Origin: Octopus vulgaris
Lineage: Eukaryota
DNA: 64,000 bases
Assembly (NCBI GenBank): GCA_951406725.2
Contig: OX597821.1
Span: 109,182,001 to 109,246,000, forward strand
Direction of reading: 5' to 3'
Shown here piece by piece: positions 55,369-64,000 of this stretch. The position numbers were made by a program, and so were the translations under genes. The notes below the pieces were generated by a model. The model was not told the origin of the DNA. It saw nothing but the letters and a program-made list of their open reading frames with translations, and searched no databases. Within the stretch, counting starts at the first letter, position 1, and the number at the start of each line of letters is the position of its first letter.

Positions 55369-55737
55369 CTGTATGTGTACGTGTGCCTGTGTGTGCCTGT
55401 GCATGTGTGTATGTGTTTTGAAACATTAGGGTTCATGTTTATATTACGTAACTTCGATCACGCCTCTTTCAATTTCATGCTTTTGCATTAGAGAACATTA
55501 GTATAACATTTTACGTATGTATATACATATATAATTTTATTTTATTGTATTTATTAATTTTTTTTAATTTTCAAATATTATACTAATGTTTCTTCATGCA
55601 GAACTTAATTTCATCAAAAACTTCAAAAAATTGTATGTTTGAAACAAATGGAGAGAGAATACAATATAAATAATATATAAATATATGCATATATATATAC
55701 ACATATATATATATATATATAGGTATGTACATATATG

Positions 55738-55779
<42 letters not shown>

Positions 55780-55965
55780 TATGTACATATATGTATGTAT
55801 ATATATATATATATATATATATCATATATTATTATATGATCGAACGCCATGCATCTTTTCCAAGTGAGACTCTGGGTAGCAGATTTTCTTTGTGATGTTC
55901 TTAATGCTGTAATAAAAGATATATGTATATATATATACATATACACATATATATATGTGTGTGTG

Positions 55966-56032
<67 letters not shown>

Positions 56033-56039
56033 GTTAATC

Positions 56040-56230
56040 TTTACACATTTTCTTCTCTTTCCTTTTTCTTAGTTTTCTTCATTCCCTCTCCATTATTTTC
56101 CTCTTTATCCTTTCTGAGGAAGAGTGTAGGCTCGAAACGTCAAAGACTTTACCATTCTTCCCGAGCGTTAAACTAATACGCTTGTTTGTTTTTCCTACAC
56201 CCGTCTTCGTCTTTTCTTTTCTGTAAAGTT

Positions 56231-56235
<5 letters not shown>
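56040..56235 (+). mobile_element. Family E copy with intact HHR
   Basis: Reverse-complement homology to 18706-18870; ends in (TA)n. Confidence 0.6.
56110..56145 (+). ncRNA. Minimal type I hammerhead ribozyme (Penelope-like type)
   Basis: CTTT-CTGAGGA-A-GAGT GTAG GCTC-GAA-ACGT-C-AAAG: stem I CTTT/AAAG, palindromic ACGT in place of stem III, GUC triplet. Confidence 0.75.
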
Positions 56236-56281
<46 letters not shown>

Positions 56282-56613
56282 GAGGGGTTTCTTTCAGTTT
56301 CCGTCTACCAATTCCATTCACAAGACTTTGGTCGGCTCGAGGTTATATTGTGGAAGGCAGTTGTCAGTGATGCCACGCAGTGGGGAGTCCACCCTGGACG
56401 TTGCGGTTGACAATTATGCTTCTAACCACAGAGCCACACCAGCACCTATATATGTGTGTGTGTGTGTGTGTGTGTGCGTAAATGAGTATGTGCACGTGCG
56501 TGTGTGTATGCGTGTGTTCAAATTAAATTCTTTTTTCTTCATGACAAATGCAAGCATCAGCCTTATACACATACACATACATACAAATGCGCAAACACAC
56601 ACACAAGCTCTCA

Positions 56614-56650
<37 letters not shown>

Positions 56651-57075
56651 GTGTGTATGTGTGTGTGTGTGCGTGTGTGTGTGCGTGTTTGTGTGTTTGT
56701 GTGTGTATGTCTGCGCTTGTTTGTGTATATGTATGTGCATAATTTTGTTTGCTTTCGTGCATATCTGAAAATATTCATATTCATATATATGTGTTTGTAT
56801 GTGAGTGTATGTTAGTGTGTACGTACATGTGCTTGTGTTCGTATGACTGTATGTAAACATGCGTGTGCGCTTGTGCGTGTAACACACACCTACTCACATA
56901 TTCACACACACACACACACACATACACGCACACACACACGCACGCACACGGGAGGTGGGGTGAAAACGTAGAAACTGGATGCGTTTTATCGGACCGATCT
57001 TTATTTACCATTTCATATGAACTTTTACCACCAAATATGACCAAAAAAAAATGGTGGAAGTCACACTCATTCACA

Positions 57076-57141
<66 letters not shown>

Positions 57142-57305
57142 TTCTCTTTCCGTTGCTAACACACACATAATCACACAAGTATAAACACATAACCACAAGT
57201 AAGAACTTACAAAAACTCTTACACGCGCGTTGCACAGCATCAAGAAAAAAATGTTGGTCATTTTAAGCAGTGCCTCATAGCAAATTTGGCAAGAAGCCAC
57301 CTTAC

Positions 57306-57396
57306 GTTGAAGATGGTCCGACCTAAGATCTGGAGATCTATTCCTTCCTCCCGGAGATTTTCTCTATAAAAATCCCTATCAGATTTGGGGATCTTC
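57306..57396 (-). CDS. Candidate internal coding exon (91 nt): (L)KIPKSDRDFYRENLREEGIDLQILGRTIFN
   Basis: Acceptor CCCCCGTTCTCTTAG with ACTAAC upstream; donor AAC|GTAAGG. 1+90 nt gives a phase 2 start that matches the upstream exon's phase 2 end, and this is the only stop-free frame. Confidence 0.6.
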
Positions 57397-57578
57397 CTAA
57401 GAGAACGGGGGCGTTTTGTTGCATGGTGAGATGTCGAAATGAGAGGTGATAGAGTTAGTGTGTTACGGATAGTGTGTGATATAGAGGCGAGGGAAGAGGG
57501 AGGTGTTTTACACATGTGTGAGAGTGGCACGGTGGGGATTTTGTTTGTGTGACTCTCTCTGCGTATGATTCTGTGTGT

Positions 57579-57620
<42 letters not shown>

Positions 57621-57894
57621 TGGAGTAAAAGGAGGTCGAGCAGGCTAGTATGAAGGAAACGTTATAGAAATGAAAAAAATTTGAACAGAAGTTGTGTGGG
57701 GGGTGGGGTGCGTGTGTGTGTAAATACGAAGTTCAGTTCGTGCATCTATGTTTGTATTTGTTTAATATATATATATATGCGCAAACACACACACACATGT
57801 ATATAAACATACATATAGATATACATATCTATACAGGCTTAAATATATACTTACATTTATACATATATATCATATATATGTGTGAATATATTTG

Positions 57895-57964
<70 letters not shown>

Positions 57965-58719
57965 CATATATATATATATATATACATCTCTATATCTACA
58001 CATATATATATGCATATATATACATATATGTATACATAATTGTCTATGTGTGTTCGTGTATGTATGTATGTATGCATGCATGTATGCATGTATGCATGCA
58101 TGTATGCATGTATGCATGCATGTATGCATGTATGCATGCATGTATGTATGCATGCATGCATGCATGTATGTATGTATGTATGTATATATGTATGTATTGT
58201 GCATGTACGATGACAGGTTGGTTGAAAGTTGAAGGCAGTGGCATAAGGGGACAGATGTTGGGAGATGAAATCGATTGACAAGATACGAGAGGTGTGAGAG
58301 GCATCGAGGGCCGCATACACTGCTTACAGAGGACGAACAGACAGACAGATAAAAAGAAAAAGAAAGAGGATGAGGAACAGAGTCAGACCGAGTGCTAAAC
58401 GACAGAGTGCCAATGTGCCAGTGTGCCAGAGTGCCAGAGAGGCAAAGTGAGACAGGTGGGATGGACAGGAATTGAAAGCAAAGAGAGGAAGACGTGCAAA
58501 AATTTGAAAGATATATAGAGAGAGGGGGAGAGTGAGGTAGTAAGAGAGAGAGATAGAGAGAGAGGGTATACAGAGGAAGGGAGAATGGGTAGAGCAGAAT
58601 ATATTAGGAGAGACGCGAGTAGTGGTGGGAGTAGACATGAGAGAGGAGTAGTTGGAGGAGGAAGGGATGTGACCTACGGTTTTATATTCATAGAATGAGT
58701 TTTGTTTCTTTTAGCTTAT

Positions 58720-59301
58720 ACTTGCGTTTTAGTGATTCGACCATGCTGGGGCACTGCCTTGAAGGGCTTTTAGTCGAACAAATCGACCCCAGGATGATTT
58801 TTTTTTTTTTTTTTATTTTTACTTATTATTTTTTTTTTTTAAACCTGGTACTTATTCTATCGGTGTCTTTTGCCGGACCACTATCGTACGGGGACGTAAA
58901 CACACCAACACCGGTGGTCAAGCGGTGTTGTGAGACAAACGCAGACATACAGGCACTCTGCGTAGCACCTTGGGCAAGTGTCTTCTACTAAAGCGTCGAG
59001 CCGACCAAAGCCTTGTGAGGAGATTTGGTCGACGGAAACTTAAAGAAGCCCATCGTATATATGTGTATGTGTGTGCGTGTGTGTGTATTTGGGTGTCTCT
59101 GTTTGTTCCCCTCATCATCGCTTGAAAACAGATCTTGGTGTGTCTGCGTCCCTGCAACCTAACGGTTCAGCAAAAGAGCTCGACAGAATAAGTACTAGGT
59201 TTACAAAGAATAAGTCCTGGGGTCGATTTATTCGACTAAAGGCGGTGCTCCACTATGGCCACAGAGTCAAATGACTGAAACACGTATAAGTATACATACA
59301 T

Positions 59302-59360
<59 letters not shown>

Positions 59361-60010
59361 TTTTCAGTTTCCGTATACCCAATCCACTCTCGAGGCTTTG
59401 GTCGGCCCAAGGTTATAGAAGAAGACACTTGCCGAAGGTGTCACGCCATGGGACTGAACCTGAAAGCATGTGGTTTGGAAGCAAGCTTCTTACCACCCAG
59501 CCACACCTGTACCTATGGTCAAATTTTGTAAGGTAGGGAAGTGTGTAGCGGAAGTAATCGATACAGATATTTGATTGATACTACATGCTGTTCAATACCT
59601 TGGGACGATAAAAGAGAAAACACGATTCTCAGCAGAATTTGAACTCAGAACTTCAAAGGAGACATTAAAATACTACAATGTATTTTAACCGTTGCTCTCC
59701 TCATTCAGACAGACAGACAAACAGATAGACAGAGACAGAGATACACAGACAGACAGACACACGGACAGATAGAGACACACAGACATCGTTCTGTTATCTT
59801 ACTTTAAGTGTTTTAGTTATTAGACTGCGGCCATGCTGGGGTCACACCTTGAAAAGTTTTTAGTCGAATAGATCAACACCGGTAGCTATTTGTTTTAAAG
59901 TTTGTTTACTTATTCTATCAGTTTTTTTTACCGAATCGCTAGGTTGCTTGAACGTAAACATATCAACACCGGTGAGGGAATTTCGTAGGCGAAAACTGAA
60001 ACAAGCTTGT
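58720..60010. mobile_element. Cluster of family B SINE pieces in mixed orientation
   Basis: Minus 58720-58950, plus 58960-59285, minus 59355-59515, minus 59800-60010; another minus head at 56281-56448. Confidence 0.75.
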
Positions 60011-60099
60011 CGTAAATATATATTTGTGGCCGCAAACCAACGGCTGAAGCAAGTTAAAGATGAAAGACAACTGATACGAGTTGTATATGAAGAGAGAGA

Positions 60100-60520
<421 letters not shown>

Positions 60521-60730
60521 CCATATATATGCATGTATGGTTTATTCGTTAGGGTTGAGCCTGTGAATGAGAAAGAAAGAGAGAGACAGCGTGAGAGAAT
60601 GAGAGAATGAGAGAATGAAAGACTGAATGAACGAATAACAGAATGAGTGAATGACGGAATCAGAGACGGGGAGAAGCGGGGTAGAGAGTGGGGTGGGTGG
60701 GGGTCGAAGGGAATAGTGTTGAATACGTAC

Positions 60731-60859
60731 AACTTTGGCAAGAAGAACTGTGTAACGGCGTTGAGACCATCTGGTAGATTTGCTTTGGGTGTTATTAGTG
60801 AGATAACTACGACAGATGGAAACGGAATGGAAGGAGACCCAAGAATGACCATGAAAAGC
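60731..60859 (-). CDS. Candidate internal coding exon (129 nt) of an unidentified gene: xLFMVILGSPSIPFPSVVVISLITPKANLPDGLNAVTQFFLPK(L)
   Basis: Unique sequence between repeats. Minus strand shows branch-like TCTAAC, pyrimidine tract CTATTCTCTCGCCAG acceptor and GTACGT donor. The phase 2/2 frame is open and joins in frame to the 57396-57306 exon. Confidence 0.6.
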
Positions 60860-61104
60860 CTGGCGAGAGAATAGGTTAGATAAAGGAGGAGGTAACTAAG
60901 TGACACAACAGTAAGCTTTAATGTGCGTTGGTTGGGGGGAGAGGGGGAGGGGATTTCTTTGGGGGGTTTCTTTTTTTTGCTTTTTTGTTTTTATTTTGGT
61001 TTTGCTCTTGTGTTAGTTTTGTTTTTGTTTTTTTTTCTTCTTTCTCCTTTGCCACCTCTTAGTTATATCTGTGTATAACTTTGCATCTGTTTGTGTTTGT
61101 GTGT

Positions 61105-61136
<32 letters not shown>

Positions 61137-61280
61137 TTGTGTGGGGGTGTGCGTGCGCACGAGAGAGAGCATGTGGCTATATGTGTATGTAAGTGTCTGT
61201 GGGCGCAAGCATGCTTCAATTTATATATTAATACAAGCACTCATGTGTGTGTATGTATAAATATTTGTGTATAGACAAAC

Positions 61281-61323
<43 letters not shown>

Positions 61324-61473
61324 TATATACATAGACAGAGGGAGAGAGAGGCGAGCAGAGAGAGAGAGAAATGCATTCATATACACGCGAATATGCATGT
61401 ATACTCTATCACACGCTTTTCACTGTTCACCTACTTCCTCCATATACATGTGTGTGAGTACACACACACACAC

Positions 61474-61518
<45 letters not shown>

Positions 61519-61519
61519 T

Positions 61520-61603
<84 letters not shown>

Positions 61604-62076
61604 TGGCATACAAGCCAAACTGCTATGCATATCGATCTTAACATTCTTTGTTCAAAATTCTGTTACGGACCCTCTTCGTAATATTAGTAGACAACAAAAA
61701 ACACGACCGGCTCTGTTTGGATTGCTCTACTTCATAGCCATCCCAGGCGTTTTTTTTTTTTAAATATTCGTTATATATATTACAATGAAACATACTAGTT
61801 CACCTTCTCCATGTTAACTTACTTAAATGTTCTCCCTGATGACTATCTTTGTATATTTGCAATATTTATGTTGGATTTTAAAAAATTTCTTGTTTTTCTT
61901 TTTTTTTTTTTCATAAATTTTATGGTTGTAATTTCATCGGAAACCTCTTGCTATCAAATATTATAAAGTGTGTAGTTGTCAGAAAGTTATAATCACCCAC
62001 CAGCAACTCTTGTCTATGGATTATTCCTGTACCTCGTATATAAAATCTCCCTATGTCTCTCTTTTACACTTTTATT

Positions 62077-62138
<62 letters not shown>

Positions 62139-62218
62139 TCTCTCTCCCCTCTGTCTCTCTCTCTCCCCTATGTCTCTCTCTCTCTCTTTCTCTCTCTCTC
62201 TCCCTCTGTCTCTGTCTC

Positions 62219-62301
<83 letters not shown>

Positions 62302-62678
62302 ACGAATTTAAATGTGACGGCAGAAATCAAACAACCAATCAATCAATCAATCAGCATGTATACTTTATTATTATATTATTATATTATTAAATAAAGTTCG
62401 TAATACATGGTACTATAACCACAAGGTATCTACACAAACTGTTCTTACTTGTATCCTCAACCAGCTCCATGAATTCAGTCTTATGATCAAACAACCAATG
62501 TTGCTAAACGATCAATCCCACATGATTATTTCCACAATAGCGTCAACAGCAACGAACAGGTACTGTTGTAGCATTCGGCTTTTATCATATTCGCTTAACA
62601 TAGCTTCATCTCTATCATTCGCAATCGACTATGACATGGTAGCTAACATCATAGTTTTCCTAAATCTTTTGGGTTGCT

Positions 62679-62901
62679 AGCTGGCAGAAACGTTAGCACG
62701 CCGGGCGAAATTCGTAGCCGTATTTCGTCTGTCGTTACGTTCTGAGTTCAAATTCCGCCGAGGTCGACTTTGCCTTTCATCCTTTCGGGGTCGATAAATT
62801 AAGTACCAGTTACGCACTGGGGTCGATGTAGTCGACTTGATCCCTTTGTCTGTCCTTGTTTGTCCCCTCTGTGTTTAGCCCCTTGTGGGTAGTAAAGAAA
62901 T
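62679..62901 (+). mobile_element. SINE family A
   Basis: Consensus match; a degenerate minus-strand copy lies at 63760-63885. Confidence 0.85.
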
Positions 62902-63011
62902 ATATATAGTCGCAAGCAGACAGGAACATCTTGCCTATTTTCCAAACTTGATTTAGCGAAACATAGCGTGTATAAGAACCAGACGGAGGAGAGTGGGCGC
63001 AACACTAGTAT

Positions 63012-63117
63012 TAGGCTGGTACACATTTTTAGCCTTGTGAGTGGATTTGGCAGACGGAAACAGAAAGAAGCACGTCGTATATATATGTGTATATATATGT
63101 GTAAAAATATGTATATA

Positions 63118-63177
<60 letters not shown>

Positions 63178-63255
63178 TATACACATATATATACGACGTG
63201 CTTCTTTCTGTTTCCGTCTGCCAAATCCACTCACAAGGCTAAAGATGTGTACCAG

Positions 63256-63338
<83 letters not shown>

Positions 63339-63585
63339 TTTATTTATTTATTTATTTATTTACGTGTGTGTATATGTTTGTGTGTCTGTGTTTGTCCCCC
63401 CAACATCGCTTGACAACCGATTTTGGTGTGTTTACGTCTCCATGACTTAGCGGTTCGGCAAAAGACATCGATAGAATAAGTACTGGGCTTACAAATAATA
63501 GGTCCTGGGGGCGAATTGCTCGACTAAAGGCGGTGCTCCAGCATGGCCGTAGTCAAATGACTGAAACAAGTAAAAGAGTAAAGAG
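63012..63585 (+). mobile_element. SINE family B interrupted by a local inverted duplication
   Basis: Body at 63030-63080, tail at 63370-63585. Confidence 0.75.
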
Positions 63586-64000
63586 AGAGCGTAACACGTC
63601 ACCTGGCCTTAGGAATCGAACGCACGGCCTTAAGATTGTAAGCACAACACCGCTAACTGCGGGGCCTCAAGCTTTTGTATTCAGTTCCTAAATACTGAAC
63701 CCAAAATTAGGCCCGCGGTCAGCAAATTCGGAAGAGTAGGCAAGACGATAAAATCGGCCTCAGTCTTCAACTGGGACTTTTGTCGATCCCGAACGGATGG
63801 GAATTTGAACTCAGAACGTTAAGACTTGTAAAATGCCTCTAAGCATTTTGCCAAGCACAGTAACGATTCACCCAGCGCGCCGCTTTCAGTTATTTATATG
63901 TCATAGCTGAGAGTATTTTATTCTATTTTATTCTAGCAAAATGCAGGAAATATGATGACGATGATGCGACGTGTTCCTAGGCAAAACACTTAATTTCACT

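Noticed and set aside
60647-60874. 75-aa plus-strand ORF
   Set aside because: Antisense shadow of the minus-strand exon, which has much better splice signals.
62448-62500. Possible upstream exon QHWLFDHKTEFMELVEDT with GTAAGA donor
   Set aside because: Weak acceptor, and its phase does not match the 60859 exon.
63600-63670. tRNA-like sequence on the minus strand
   Set aside because: No complete cloverleaf; a decayed SINE head. The same applies to the other A/B-box hits.

Overview
AT-rich, microsatellite-saturated eukaryotic DNA. The SINE repertoire and the density of simple repeats suggest an octopus (cephalopod) genome; this is inference, not verified. Almost all ORFs in the track are translations of simple repeats. 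Supported content: (i) many copies of three tRNA-headed SINE families; (ii) decayed non-LTR retrotransposons (Tx1/L1, R4/Dong-like, HERO-like, CR1/L2); (iii) a deleted Ty3/gypsy element with LTR, tRNA-Trp PBS and 4-bp TSD; (iv) Tc1/mariner elements, MITEs and a complete non-autonomous Helitron carrying a captured fragment; (v) two phase-compatible candidate coding exons of an unidentified minus-strand gene (60859-60731, 57396-57306). The most notable signal is a set of short repeats in TA-rich tracts that carry type I hammerhead ribozyme (HHR) folds of the Penelope-like/retrozyme kind. These include a tandem pair 517 nt apart and a G3:C8 compensatory core variant. Many local fold-back (inverted) duplications are also present.
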